In this document: positions 10,140 to 19,432 of the stretch, one piece after another | How positions within the stretch are numbered: the first letter of the stretch is position 1 | Layout: every line of letters starts with the position of its first letter | Source: an uncultured virus (IMG/VR IMGVR_UViG_3300015306_000001) | Taxonomy: Duplodnaviria > Heunggongvirae > Uroviricota > Caudoviricetes | Length of the DNA: 64,000 nt | Direction: 5' to 3' (one strand) | Virus record (IMG/VR): IMGVR_UViG_3300015306_000001 | Program-made: the position numbers and the translations under genes | The notes under the pieces: generated by a model | The model's database searches: none | What the model saw: the letters and a program-made list of their open reading frames with translations, nothing else | What the model was told of the DNA's origin: nothing

Positions 10140-10480
10140 TTGGGCTTCTGAGCAACCTCCTCTTCTTCATCGTCTGGCGATTTGCCACCATTCTGAAGCA
10201 TTAGAAGATACCGCCCAATCGGATCAAGAAGGGGGCCGACGCCCGTATCAAAAACGAGATCGTCTAGGTTTGGAGGCGTATTTTTTCGGCCAAGACCAAT
10301 TCGAATGATCTGGATAAGCAAAGCGACATTGACAGAGCGAAGTGCGTCAAAAGCATTGCCAAAGCCGCCAATGATCGTAGAAACTTCAAGCATCGCCTTG
10401 GCGTTAGCGACAAGTTCGAATTCCTCATCAGCAAGCGTAAGCGGGACAACACCGGCCCCGGCGCGTGACTTGACTGCCAT
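10112..10480 (-). CDS. Tail assembly chaperone (gpG / GTA-gp10-like)
   Basis: Start MAVKSRAG at 10480 with AAGGA RBS; lies between major tail and tape measure; ends ...PKGKATESAA over the slippery site. Confidence 0.85.
   Translation of the reverse strand: MAVKSRAGAGVVPLTLADEEFELVANAKAMLEVSTIIGGFGNAFDALRSVNVALLIQIIRIGLGRKNTPPNLDDLVFDTGVGPLLDPIGRYLLMLQNGGKSPDDEEEEVAQKPKGKATESAA
10133..10139 (-). promoter_or_regulatory. Programmed -1 ribosomal frameshift slippery site GGGAAAG
   Basis: Same heptamer as lambda G/GT, in the correct phase (AAG GGA AAG) near the end of the chaperone gene. Confidence 0.9.
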
Positions 10481-10573
10481 AATATATTCCTTTATCGAGG
10501 GTCGGGAGGCAGAGAGTTGATGCCCCGACAACACCAACCCTCCTAGCCCGCTTACGCGGGATGTCGGACTTTG

Positions 10574-10602
10574 CTTATAGCATATTACCGAAGCAAAGTC
10601 AA
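10574..10602 (-). promoter_or_regulatory. Sigma70-like promoter overlapped by a 10-bp inverted repeat
   Basis: TTGACT-17-TATAAG; GACTTTGCTT (10567-10576) and AAGCAAAGTC (10591-10600) form a palindrome. Confidence 0.6.
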
Positions 10603-10609
10603 GTTATTT

Positions 10610-11107
10610 TTAAGCCGAAGCCGCTTCAACGATGTAAACCGCCGAGTTGATGCCGATGGTGTACGTCATTTCGGTAATCGTATCGGAACCACCGAAGTTG
10701 AACGGGTTCGCCATCACCTTGCCGTAATAATAGATTTCGGTAGGAGTGCCGCCCGAAGGAGCATCGTTGAGCGTGATCTTGAATGGATAATCGAACTGCG
10801 TCTTGGAAGCAGCACGCATGGCGTCCTGACCCGGATCATCCGGCGCATAAGCACAAGTGATCGTCTGTTCGCCGGCATCGCGCGAACCCTTGTACTTACG
10901 CGAACGACCAGCCTTAACCGGAAGATGCGTAACCGTCGTGGCGGTATCGCCAACCGAGCCAAGGTCCGTAACTTCTTCGATTGAGGTATAGGTGAAGGCG
11001 TCGAAATCAGCAAGAATCTCGCTTTCGGTGCCGCTAGGAACCGAAGTCGGCGTCAGCGCAGCGCCAATGGCAATATCTGCGCCGTAAGTGGTATTAACTG
11101 TAGCCAT
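10610..11107 (-). CDS. Major tail (tube) protein
   Basis: 165 aa with RSRKYKGSRDAG..TITCAYAPDDPGQ motif of lambda-like tube proteins; strong codon bias; expected position. Confidence 0.85.
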   Translation of the reverse strand: MATVNTTYGADIAIGAALTPTSVPSGTESEILADFDAFTYTSIEEVTDLGSVGDTATTVTHLPVKAGRSRKYKGSRDAGEQTITCAYAPDDPGQDAMRAASKTQFDYPFKITLNDAPSGGTPTEIYYYGKVMANPFNFGGSDTITEMTYTIGINSAVYIVEAASA

Positions 11108-11167
11108 TAGGGATCGTCCTTCAATATGGCGTTTGTGGGAAGAAGCCCTTTAGGGCGTTACAACGGC

Positions 11168-11617
11168 TTAAAGGGCCGTATTTTGTGTAAGGAGGAATTG
11201 AACCGTGATCATTCGCCCTACGATGGTTTGATCATCGGTTGGGGCGGTCATAGGTCCGTAGGCTTTGGCTTGTGTCAGCATCCATCCATCAACCGCAGGA
11301 AAGGAACGCTTGTTCGTGCGGTGGAACGCATTGGCAAGAGCGAAAGCCGTTTGTTCGACTTTGCGATAATTTTCGGGTGTGTCGTTCGGCCCGTAACACG
11401 CGATATCGTAGGTGATTTCCCGTTGCCAGTTTTTGAGATAATCGCTATCGATGCCGCCGCCAACTTGGGGCGAAATCATTACGATCAGCCCTTTTGCATT
11501 CGCTGGGGCTGGACGGCGCGTGAAGACTTGACGGGAATTCTGATAAGGAGGAATGAGGGATGAAACGGTAGGATTTGCGAGAACGAAAGAACGAATGGCT
11601 GAGCTAAGATCGATCAT
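11168..11617 (-). CDS. Tail terminator / tail completion protein
   Basis: 149 aa immediately upstream of the tube gene; typical size and position. Confidence 0.7.
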   Translation of the reverse strand: MIDLSSAIRSFVLANPTVSSLIPPYQNSRQVFTRRPAPANAKGLIVMISPQVGGGIDSDYLKNWQREITYDIACYGPNDTPENYRKVEQTAFALANAFHRTNKRSFPAVDGWMLTQAKAYGPMTAPTDDQTIVGRMITVQFLLTQNTAL

Positions 11618-12024
11618 TTTAGTGCTTTACCGATCTCACTCAGAATTGTTTCCTGAATCTCTCGTGTTTTGTTTTGAAGAGCGGGGCGCATATAGGGCCG
11701 CGCTTCCATGTTCTCCGTGCCGAATTCGAGATGTTTCGCATATTCAGCAGCAGAAACGACAACCCCAGTCAATCCGCCGTCTTCATATTCGGTTCGGATT
11801 TGATTGATCAGCGTTCCGGTATCGGTCCTGGGAGGATTGCCCGGGGAAGACGCAGTGTGGGAAACGCCGTTGCGAGTGTAAACGCGACCCGTTGGAGGAG
11901 AATTGTTGATCAGGCTTATGGCTTCGTTGCGAACCGATTCGGTTCCAGCAAGAACACCGCGCGCGGCTGCTTGACGAATTTTTTGCGGAACGGCGTCCCA
12001 ACCCGAAACGGTTGCTTTAGCCAT
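11614..12024 (-). CDS. HK97-gp10-like neck / tail completion protein
   Basis: SSPGNPPRTDTGTL and YAKHLEFGTENMEARPYMRPAL motifs. Confidence 0.85.
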   Translation of the reverse strand: MAKATVSGWDAVPQKIRQAAARGVLAGTESVRNEAISLINNSPPTGRVYTRNGVSHTASSPGNPPRTDTGTLINQIRTEYEDGGLTGVVVSAAEYAKHLEFGTENMEARPYMRPALQNKTREIQETILSEIGKALK

Positions 12025-12394
12025 CGCGAAGCTCCGTTGCTTGGGTTTCGTAAAGAGCGCCGGCCGGATCGACGCTGATCAACCGAACCGTGTTGAAGCG
12101 TTGACCGCCGATTTCAATTCGATCGTCTTGCTGCGGAACGATACCGTCAGGAAGTGATCCGCCAATGATCGAGATTTTTGCGTCCGTGTCTGGAATACCA
12201 GCTTGTGAACGGGAATAAAGGGAGAAGCCTTCAACAAAGCCTTCGAAGGGGTAGGTCTCTTCACCGGAGGGAAGAGGATCGCCATACGCATCTAGAACGC
12301 TTGCGGTGGATCGGCTGAGCGTCCCAATTTTTAGCTTCCCTCGGAAGCCTTGAGCAATGGCTTTTCGAAGAGGCCCCTCTAAAAAGCTGACCAT
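12017..12394 (-). CDS. Head closure / head-tail adaptor
   Basis: 125 aa (PQQDDRIEIGG..VDPAGALYE), in neck gene position. Confidence 0.65.
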   Translation of the reverse strand: MVSFLEGPLRKAIAQGFRGKLKIGTLSRSTASVLDAYGDPLPSGEETYPFEGFVEGFSLYSRSQAGIPDTDAKISIIGGSLPDGIVPQQDDRIEIGGQRFNTVRLISVDPAGALYETQATELRDG

Positions 12395-12404
12395 TTCGGC
12401 CTCC

Positions 12405-12651
12405 TGCTATACCACTGCTATACCAAAATACGTCTCAAAAACAAAAGTGGTATAGGCTCAAACCCTTGGAAAATAAGGGTTTTGCTTAACTACTATACCA
12501 TATTCTTCTCTCTTTTATAAAGTATATAAAAAAGAAGAGAGATAGGATATACACATTCAATAAAAAGTTTTCACTTTTGCCTTGATTTCGGTATAGCAAA
12601 CATTTAAGTTGTTGAAATCACTTATGAATCCCTATTCGGAACCCGTATAGC
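12405..12651 (-). repeat. AT-rich iteron element, copy A (candidate origin)
   Basis: Non-coding; CTATACC/GGTATAG at 12407, 12418, 12449, 12493 and 12590; homologous to 35.3 kb and 56.6 kb elements. Confidence 0.8.
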
Positions 12652-13098
12652 TCAATCAGAAATCTCTTCGCCGCGCTCATAGGCGGCTCGGATTTCTTCC
12701 GCTTCCGCTTCGTCTCGGGTCGCTTTCCCGACTTTTTTGCCCGCTTCGTCTTCGACATGGAAGTAGCCTGCCTTGCCCTTCACGACCTTTGCGGAGCGCT
12801 TATCGTGAATATCCTCAGAATTGCCCGCTGGCGCGTTTTCTGACTTTGAGGCTACATCCTTAGCCTTTTCCTCTTCAACGCGCTCCTTGGTGCCTTCCTG
12901 CTGATCTGAAGCGGTATCTACCGCGTCGATCTTCCTGTTCTCGTACAAAAGACGAAGCGTGCGGAGCGAAACGCTGTTTTTATCGAAGGGATCGCCGGCC
13001 TTGTAATCAACACCACTAACCGTCAGCGAGCGGGAAGCCGTAAACTCCCCGTCTGCCTTGTCTCGGAAATCGCCCCGAAAATATCGGCTCATTTGCAT
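12652..13098 (-). CDS. Hypothetical protein downstream of the capsid gene
   Basis: 148 aa charged ORF with AAAGGA RBS. Confidence 0.65.
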   Translation of the reverse strand: MQMSRYFRGDFRDKADGEFTASRSLTVSGVDYKAGDPFDKNSVSLRTLRLLYENRKIDAVDTASDQQEGTKERVEEEKAKDVASKSENAPAGNSEDIHDKRSAKVVKGKAGYFHVEDEAGKKVGKATRDEAEAEEIRAAYERGEEISD

Positions 13099-13123
13099 TG
13101 CATATCCTTTCAGGGCGAGTTAA

Positions 13124-14119
13124 TTAGCCGTTGGTCGGCTTGACGATGTTGGAGAACAGTGCGCCGAGATCGGGGGCGACAACTTCCTGCGTGTAAGCCG
13201 ATTCGGCTTCAATGCGATCCGCGCGGCGGGTATCGATACGCATCTTAGAGATACGAGCGCCACCATTCGCCGTGCCGATGTAGTTCGACCAAACAAAGGT
13301 GTAACCGGCCGAAGGGGTCATCAGACCAGCGGACTGCGGAGCGTGAACCAGAAGAGCGGACTGACCAACGAAATAGTCAGTATCTTCCGCAAGGCCCTCG
13401 GGAGCCGTGTTGATAACCGCAGCGGACACGAGGTATTCGGCAACGCCGAACAGGGCCGCAATAGCCGCGTTGGAAACGTTGGCTGGCGAAGTATTCGTGC
13501 CACCGTATTTGACGCGCTCGATAATCTCGGGGTGATTACGCAGAGCGAAATCAACGTCCATGCCAACAATCATCTTGTTGGGGCGACGGCCCGTCAGAAG
13601 GTGCTGACGGATAATAGCCTTCTGGACATCTTCGATTGGTGTCGAGTTGGCATCCGACCACTGAAGGCGCTGATCGCCCGTAGGAGTCGCGGCAACGCCC
13701 GTGTAATCCTGGCCCCAAACGCCGGGAACCATATAGGTCTTGACGAAGTTATCTTCCTTGTTGAGAAGATACTGACCCGTCAGGAAGTTCGTGGTTTCAG
13801 AGTCAAGCTGGAAAGCACCGGAAGCGTTTGCACGAAGCTGATCGCCAATATCGCGGTGGAGAGCCCAAACATCGGCAAAGTAGGTCTGCCGATCAACGCT
13901 TAGGTCAACGCCCTGCGACTCGGTGCCGTCAGCGCGCTTCTTCATGTTGGAACGGAGCCAATCCTCGCGCTTCCACACCCAATACTGGCCACCCTGCTGG
14001 GCAACCGAAACGCGGGGAAACACGCGATCAGCGATGAATTCTGAGGCATCCTGTGCAAAAGCAACCGAAACGTTTGTTAGCGGCTGGCTGACATACACAT
14101 CATTCTGTGCAATAGGCAT
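13124..14119 (-). CDS. Major capsid protein
   Basis: 331 aa (PLTNVSVAFAQ..FIADRVFPRVSV, TPSAGYTFVW); strong codon bias; follows protease, scaffold and decoration genes. Confidence 0.9.
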   Translation of the reverse strand: MPIAQNDVYVSQPLTNVSVAFAQDASEFIADRVFPRVSVAQQGGQYWVWKREDWLRSNMKKRADGTESQGVDLSVDRQTYFADVWALHRDIGDQLRANASGAFQLDSETTNFLTGQYLLNKEDNFVKTYMVPGVWGQDYTGVAATPTGDQRLQWSDANSTPIEDVQKAIIRQHLLTGRRPNKMIVGMDVDFALRNHPEIIERVKYGGTNTSPANVSNAAIAALFGVAEYLVSAAVINTAPEGLAEDTDYFVGQSALLVHAPQSAGLMTPSAGYTFVWSNYIGTANGGARISKMRIDTRRADRIEAESAYTQEVVAPDLGALFSNIVKPTNG

Positions 14120-14132
14120 TGTTGGTTATCCT

Positions 14133-14486
14133 TTACGCAGTGCGCATCTTGAGAAGAACAGGAATCACCTGCCCGTTAACGCCGGCTTCGAGAGCCGTTC
14201 CTTCCGTGCCGCCAGTGACAGCAAAGCCGTTGGCATTCGAGCCAACGCCAGCGCCCTTGGCAATCGTGCCGCCGCAGCGAACAAGAACGCGGCCATCGAT
14301 GGCAACGGCTCCTGGCTGACCGGCAACCGGCTTGGTGTACTGATGAACGCCGATAACCTCGTCAGTCGAATTAGCGACCTTCATGGTTTCAGGAGCGGTG
14401 CCAAGCGCAACGAACTTGTAGTAGTCGTTGCTCATATCCGCTTCAGCGTTAAGAGAAATTAGTGTGCGGACCTGATACGTAGCCAT
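14133..14486 (-). CDS. Head decoration / capsid cement protein
   Basis: 117 aa Gly/Ala-rich (GRVLVRCGGTIAKG...GTALEAG..GQVIPVLL), immediately upstream of the capsid gene. Confidence 0.75.
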   Translation of the reverse strand: MATYQVRTLISLNAEADMSNDYYKFVALGTAPETMKVANSTDEVIGVHQYTKPVAGQPGAVAIDGRVLVRCGGTIAKGAGVGSNANGFAVTGGTEGTALEAGVNGQVIPVLLKMRTA

Positions 14487-14498
14487 TAATGCTATCCT

Positions 14499-15371
14499 TT
14501 ACTTGTCAGCGCGAGCGGTTTCAATTTCGTCGTACAGGCTCGGATTCTCCGAAACTGCGGTTGCATAAGCCTTCTGGATAGAAACACCGTCGCGCTTGCT
14601 AATCTCTTCGGCCTTCTTGTTCAGCTTGTCTTCGGCGGAGCCCTCTTCGACATTGCCAGTCCCGGACTTGCCAACCGTAGCAAAAGCCTTGGCGAGCGAA
14701 GAGTTAGCGGCCTTTAGAATCGCGTCGAATGCGGTCTTGTCTTCAGCGGAAAGACCAGCGTTCGCAGCCTTCAGAATACGGGCCTTGGCCAGTCGATCGC
14801 CCGGAAGAGCGGCAAGCTCATCATCAGCGCGCTTTGCAAGAACCTGAAGTTCAGCTTCGCGTTCGGCCTTTTCGATGCGCTCGTTGGCCTTCGCAATCTC
14901 AGCGGCCTGAGCCTTCATAACAGCAAAAACGCCATCGCCAACCGCAGACTTCGCAATCACCTGACCGTGAAGCTCAATCGTTTCATCGGCCTTCTTGACG
15001 GCAGCGGCCTTCTTTTCCTGTTCCTCGGTGGAGAGAGCCATGAACTTGCCCTTCTCTTCGTCGGAAAGCTTAGCCATATGAGCCTTGACGGCATCGGAAG
15101 CCTTCGCAAGCTTTTCAGCCTTCGCAAGCTCGGTCTTGGTATCTTCAAGCGACTTGGTAAGAGCTTCAACGCTCTTGGTCAGGTCGGCAACCTGTGCTTC
15201 AGTAGCAGCCATATTGGGATCATCCTTTGTTTCGGCTGTGGAATCGGCGGACGATCCGCCTTCGTTAACTCCGTCCGCAGACTTGAACAGAGCGATACGG
15301 GCGTGCTGGTTCATTCCACGCTTGCAGAATGCCACTTCCGTAATTTTGAGATTGGTAAGATCATTCGGCAT
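14499..15371 (-). CDS. Capsid scaffolding protein
   Basis: Likely start MPNDLTNLKITEVAFCKRGMN (TAATG coupling); Ala/Lys/Glu-rich coiled coil between protease and capsid. Confidence 0.75.
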   Translation of the reverse strand: MPNDLTNLKITEVAFCKRGMNQHARIALFKSADGVNEGGSSADSTAETKDDPNMAATEAQVADLTKSVEALTKSLEDTKTELAKAEKLAKASDAVKAHMAKLSDEEKGKFMALSTEEQEKKAAAVKKADETIELHGQVIAKSAVGDGVFAVMKAQAAEIAKANERIEKAEREAELQVLAKRADDELAALPGDRLAKARILKAANAGLSAEDKTAFDAILKAANSSLAKAFATVGKSGTGNVEEGSAEDKLNKKAEEISKRDGVSIQKAYATAVSENPSLYDEIETARADK

Positions 15372-15808
15372 TAACTTGCCGCCTTTCGATGAGCGGAGCC
15401 ACCAATAGACCACGATTCGTAGTCACCGGACTTCACGCCCTTCCAAACTGTGTCGTTTTTGATATAATGCCCGCCCCACCAGAATTCGCCGTCGATCTCG
15501 ATGGTGTGGGGGATTCCAGCGGCAGTAAGCGCCTTCTTGAGGGCTTCTACCTTTTCCTTGGTGAAGACCATCGTTTCGATGAGGTCGCCAACGCCAAGCT
15601 CAGTGTGATTTACGCTTGCGTCACGCGATTCCTTGACGTATTCGTAGGCAGCTTTTTCGATCTCGTGCGTTTCAACACGATCATCTTCCATGTCGTGAAC
15701 AAGTTCGCCGCCGATCTTCATTACCGAAAACAGGCCGAAGGCGATTCGGTTGTCTTCATCGACCTTAGCGATCTTGGCTTCTAGTTCGAAATGATCACTC
15801 ATAACCAA
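15371..15808 (-). CDS. XkdF-like head maturation protease
   Basis: EIEKAAYEY..SVNH and VWKGVKSGDYESWSIGG motifs. Confidence 0.85.
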   Translation of the reverse strand: MVMSDHFELEAKIAKVDEDNRIAFGLFSVMKIGGELVHDMEDDRVETHEIEKAAYEYVKESRDASVNHTELGVGDLIETMVFTKEKVEALKKALTAAGIPHTIEIDGEFWWGGHYIKNDTVWKGVKSGDYESWSIGGSAHRKAAS

Positions 15809-16019
15809 GGTCTTTCATTCGTTGGCGAGCCGTTCGATGAAGAGCATTGCAAACCTCTTGTAAAATCCAACCGGCTCTTTCGTGCGAGCAATCCGCCAGA
15901 AGGATGATTGTGGATTGCAAATCGGTCGCAAGCTCAGGATTATGTGTGGCGAACGCTTCAAAAGGGGTTATAGTTTCTTCGATTCTTATAAATTCGTGCA
16001 TAATTCTGTTGACTTGCAT
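15795..16019 (-). CDS. Small hypothetical protein
   Basis: Fills the gap between HNH and protease and overlaps the protease start; start codon uncertain. Confidence 0.4.
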   Translation of the reverse strand: MQVNRIMHEFIRIEETITPFEAFATHNPELATDLQSTIILLADCSHERAGWILQEVCNALHRTARQRMKDLGYE

Positions 16020-16037
16020 TTAGAAATATGCTATGAT
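16009..16037 (+). promoter_or_regulatory. Sigma70 promoter of the HNH gene
   Basis: TTGACT-17-TATGAT followed by AAAGGA RBS. Confidence 0.7.
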
Positions 16038-16056
16038 AAATTGAAAGGAAAAATGA

Positions 16057-16665
16057 ATGAAATGTTCAATTGACAATTGCAATCGAAAAATTCATGCAAA
16101 AGGTTTGTGTTCACCGCATTACAATAGGCTTTTGCGCTCTGGTGATGTCGCTGGTATTAGAGCCTTTAGAGGGAAGCCAAAAGAAGAAATAGAAAAAGCG
16201 TATGATTGGAATTCAGAAGACTGTTTGATTTGGCCATACGCTAACTGCCAAGGGTATCCAATTGTTAGGCTTGATGGTAAAAACCAAAGAGTGACAAGAA
16301 TTGTTTGTGAGAGAATTAATGGCCCGCCCAAAGAAGATAAAAGCTATGTGCTACATTCTTGCGGAGGAGGTTCGCTTGGCTGCTACAATCCAAAACATTT
16401 ACGATGGGGAGATCAAAAAGAAAACATGGAAGATTGTATTGAACATGGAAAAACAACTAGAGGAAGTCGGCAGCCAAATTCAAAGATAACAGAAGAAACA
16501 GCTATTGAAGTAAAAAGAAGGTTAAAGAACAAACAAATGATGAAACAAATTGCGGCAGATTTAGATATACCATATTCGATTGTTATTTCGATTCATATCG
16601 GGCGCTCTTGGTCTTGGCTCAGTTTTCCAGAACAATCTTATTCAGAAAAGTGCAACGACAATTAA
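16057..16665 (+). CDS. HNH homing endonuclease (antisense insertion in head operon)
   Basis: CSIDNC..HAKGLCSPHY Zn motif, DCLIWP, VLHSCG..CYNPKHLRWGDQKENMED; AT-rich; overlaps the 3' end of the minor head gene. Confidence 0.9.
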   Translation: MKCSIDNCNRKIHAKGLCSPHYNRLLRSGDVAGIRAFRGKPKEEIEKAYDWNSEDCLIWPYANCQGYPIVRLDGKNQRVTRIVCERINGPPKEDKSYVLHSCGGGSLGCYNPKHLRWGDQKENMEDCIEHGKTTRGSRQPNSKITEETAIEVKRRLKNKQMMKQIAADLDIPYSIVISIHIGRSWSWLSFPEQSYSEKCNDN

Positions 16666-17647
16666 CGCATTCGCTTGCTGGGGCTCCATGGCTACGATCA
16701 CCTGGAGCCTTTAGTTTCGCCCCGGTAAGCGGCGAAACGAAGAGTGCATCAATACCGCGAACACTTTTTCCGTCGAGGCCGCTATGTCCGTGGCTTCTAC
16801 GAACACGTTTATCTTTTGTAGAAATCCAAGTTTTAATGACTGCGTTATCACCAAGACCAGTGTTTTCTAGCTGTTGCCTGAGCGCCTCAGTGCGTCCGTT
16901 GTTCACAGCCTCAGCAGCTTCGGTACGCGCAATAACTTGAGCGCGATACTGGATAAATTTTTCCTTATAGCGCATCACCATCTTGTCAATTTGATCAGCG
17001 CTCAGCGGCTTCTTCTTTGCGTTCGCAATGGTCTTGTCAAAGCGCTTGTCGCGTAAATCACGATTAAGAGCTTCGGAAGAACCTTCCTCAAGCAGTCTAC
17101 GATAATTACGAACTGCCGCTAACTGCCGCTCTGTCAAGCCAAGATTTTCTTTGATCCGTTGAGCGGTTTTTCGTGCGCCAAAGCCTTCGTTCTGCCCCTC
17201 GATAAGAGCTTCCGTAACGACGGCTCGTGTGGATTCGTTGATTTCACGAACCAAGCGGCTCGCTTGTTGATTCACAAGCTCAGCGGCGCGCGGATTGCCA
17301 GGATTGAAGCTGATACCGACAACGGGACCGCCATTTGGGAATGCCTGTTGCACGACGCGCGCTAGATCAGGTGCAATCATATCCGTTTCGAATCGGGCTG
17401 CGGCGATAACCGCGTCAAACACAGTGCCTTGAAACGAAACGGCGAATTGATCTAGATAAACCGGAATGTCCGCTTGGCGCTCTGCGGCGATCAATCGCGC
17501 GATTTCCGCAACGAGATCATCTGAGGCCATTTTCTGTAGGTAGGTGAGGAAGGCGCGGAGAAAAGAATTTTCGATTCTTTTCACGAAGTCTCGGATCGCG
17601 GTAAGGTCATCCTCACGGGCTTTAAAGACAAGAGAGGATGTAAACAC
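16619..17647 (-). CDS. Minor head protein (SPP1 gp7 / Mu gpF family)
   Basis: RAQVIARTE, KTWISTKDKRVRRSH and PGD...ECVNCRC motifs. Confidence 0.9.
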   Translation of the reverse strand: MFTSSLVFKAREDDLTAIRDFVKRIENSFLRAFLTYLQKMASDDLVAEIARLIAAERQADIPVYLDQFAVSFQGTVFDAVIAAARFETDMIAPDLARVVQQAFPNGGPVVGISFNPGNPRAAELVNQQASRLVREINESTRAVVTEALIEGQNEGFGARKTAQRIKENLGLTERQLAAVRNYRRLLEEGSSEALNRDLRDKRFDKTIANAKKKPLSADQIDKMVMRYKEKFIQYRAQVIARTEAAEAVNNGRTEALRQQLENTGLGDNAVIKTWISTKDKRVRRSHGHSGLDGKSVRGIDALFVSPLTGAKLKAPGDRSHGAPASECVNCRCTFLNKIVLEN

Positions 17648-18166
17648 TTAGATGCCGCTCCAATAACCCCATTGCTGATCAGCCCGAGAACACTCGTTAA
17701 CGCCTGAAACGAAGCTTCCACCGACGCCGGCTGTTGAGCTTGTGCCGGTGGAGCCTAGATATGATCTGAGAATTTCCATGATCTCTAGCGGAAAGCGATT
17801 ATTCGACGCTGAGGAGAAATCTCGGAAGTACTCGATATCCGCCGACCCTGCTTTCAGTCGTTTGGTCGAGGAAGCTGTTGTCGCGTTCGCCACAAAGTCT
17901 GCTTCGCCCGAAGCCAGCAATGCTGCGATGAGAATTGAACCATTTACGATCCCTTCAACTAGAACGCGCCTCTCAAACGTATCATAGGCGACTTTCCAGC
18001 GCTGCCTATCTAGAATACGTGTGCTCTCGACTAGGCGACCAGCCTGTTCATCTGGGGTCAGAGCACTCCATGCGGCGTAATATGAAGTAGGAATTAGGTA
18101 AGAAGAGGCTTCATCGATGCTCGCATATGTCGAATAAGTGTTACCTTGAATGATGACTTGCGGCAT
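17648..18166 (-). CDS. Head-tail connector-like protein (DnaT-like family)
   Basis: TYASIDEASSY...KRLKAGSADIEY pattern typical of phage neck adaptors. Confidence 0.65.
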   Translation of the reverse strand: MPQVIIQGNTYSTYASIDEASSYLIPTSYYAAWSALTPDEQAGRLVESTRILDRQRWKVAYDTFERRVLVEGIVNGSILIAALLASGEADFVANATTASSTKRLKAGSADIEYFRDFSSASNNRFPLEIMEILRSYLGSTGTSSTAGVGGSFVSGVNECSRADQQWGYWSGI

Positions 18167-18185
18167 GTGAAACCTCTATTGTTGA

Positions 18186-18214
18186 ATTATACACGATTTA
18201 TTTTCGTTTGTCAA
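18186..18214 (-). promoter_or_regulatory. Consensus sigma70 promoter
   Basis: TTGACA-17-TATAAT, then AGAGG RBS and ATG at 18166. Confidence 0.8.
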
Positions 18215-18229
18215 GTGGGGTTGACAAGT

Positions 18230-19432
18230 TTATGTTGTGGGTTCAGCAGCATAGAGGTGCACTTTAACGCCCGTAGCCGATCCACCGCTAAGATTATATC
18301 CGCTAAGAGCCGTTACAAGAGCATTTACACCAGTAATAACTTGCGTAAGCGTAGCAAGAAGCCCGCCCTGCATTTGCTGAAGAACCGGAAGATTACGCAT
18401 TCTATCCGCATAAACCGTAACAGAAGTAGCGGAAACACTGGTAATAATGACGTTGACCCGGTTTGCGCCAGAGGATTCTTGAACCATGTGAGTAACGATT
18501 GGAACAGTTGCAAATGGTTCTGCGAAGTCCCATTTGGCAGTTCCGTCCGAACCAATCGTCACAATCGCGCGCTTGATACGGGCTTTGTGAGTATGATCCT
18601 CGCGCGCATATCGCGTAGACGTACCCATGTTCTGCACGAGGTCTGTTGCGGGTGGGGATGATGTAGCTGGATCAGGAACCTTGATCGCGGCAACGGCTTG
18701 TGATAGCGTATCAACCTGAGACTTAGCGGCCAAACCTGACACGTCGGGAATTCTGGCAGAAAGAGCGCTTACACTTGAAGCGGTTGCTAGATTTGAAACG
18801 TCGGGAATACGAGCCGAGAGAGCCGAAACAGAAGCGCTTGTTGCTAGGTTGCTGACATCGGGAATCTTGGCATTGATCGCACTCAGGGCGTCTTTCGTTG
18901 CCAAACCCGACACGTCAGGAATCTTGGCCTCAACCGTAGACAAAGCCGTTTTCGTTGCCAAGCCTGAAACATCGGGAATACGGTTACTGAGCGTGCTAAC
19001 CGCATCCTTCGTTGCAAAGCCGCTTACATCGGGAATGCGAGCGGCAACCTGTGAAACATCGCTATGGGTGGCGAGATCAGCCGTACTAGGAATAGATGCC
19101 TGAACTTGAGCGATTGCGTCTTTCGTGGCAAAATTCGATACGTCTGGCATATGGATGGAAGACACCATATCCATAAGCGAATCAAGATCGGCTTGCGTTG
19201 CAACGTTTTTGAGTTGTTCTTGGCTTACAGCTTTTTCAAGAGCGCTTTGCAATGCCGCTAAGGCTTGCTGAGTGGCTGGCAGAGCGTCCGCAGCCATTTG
19301 CATGGCGTTGAGGCGGTCGTTAAGCTCAGCAAGAGCGGCGGGATCATCAGAAAGACCTAGAATTTGCGTTCGAAGAGCTTCGATTTGTGCTTTCAGCGAT
19401 CCAACGGAGGGGCGAAGATTCAGCATCACCAC
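18230..19432 (-). CDS. Fibre-like structural protein with 19-aa tandem repeats
   Basis: About 7-8 repeats of IPDVS(G/N)(L/F)ATK..(L/V)S....; YAREDHTH motif; C-terminal beta domain. Confidence 0.75.
   Translation of the reverse strand: MVMLNLRPSVGSLKAQIEALRTQILGLSDDPAALAELNDRLNAMQMAADALPATQQALAALQSALEKAVSQEQLKNVATQADLDSLMDMVSSIHMPDVSNFATKDAIAQVQASIPSTADLATHSDVSQVAARIPDVSGFATKDAVSTLSNRIPDVSGLATKTALSTVEAKIPDVSGLATKDALSAINAKIPDVSNLATSASVSALSARIPDVSNLATASSVSALSARIPDVSGLAAKSQVDTLSQAVAAIKVPDPATSSPPATDLVQNMGTSTRYAREDHTHKARIKRAIVTIGSDGTAKWDFAEPFATVPIVTHMVQESSGANRVNVIITSVSATSVTVYADRMRNLPVLQQMQGGLLATLTQVITGVNALVTALSGYNLSGGSATGVKVHLYAAEPTT

Noticed and set aside
18670..19160. Periodic repeats as a possible CRISPR array
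   Set aside because: They are in-frame coding repeats with synonymous divergence, with no identical repeat/unique spacer pattern and no cas genes.
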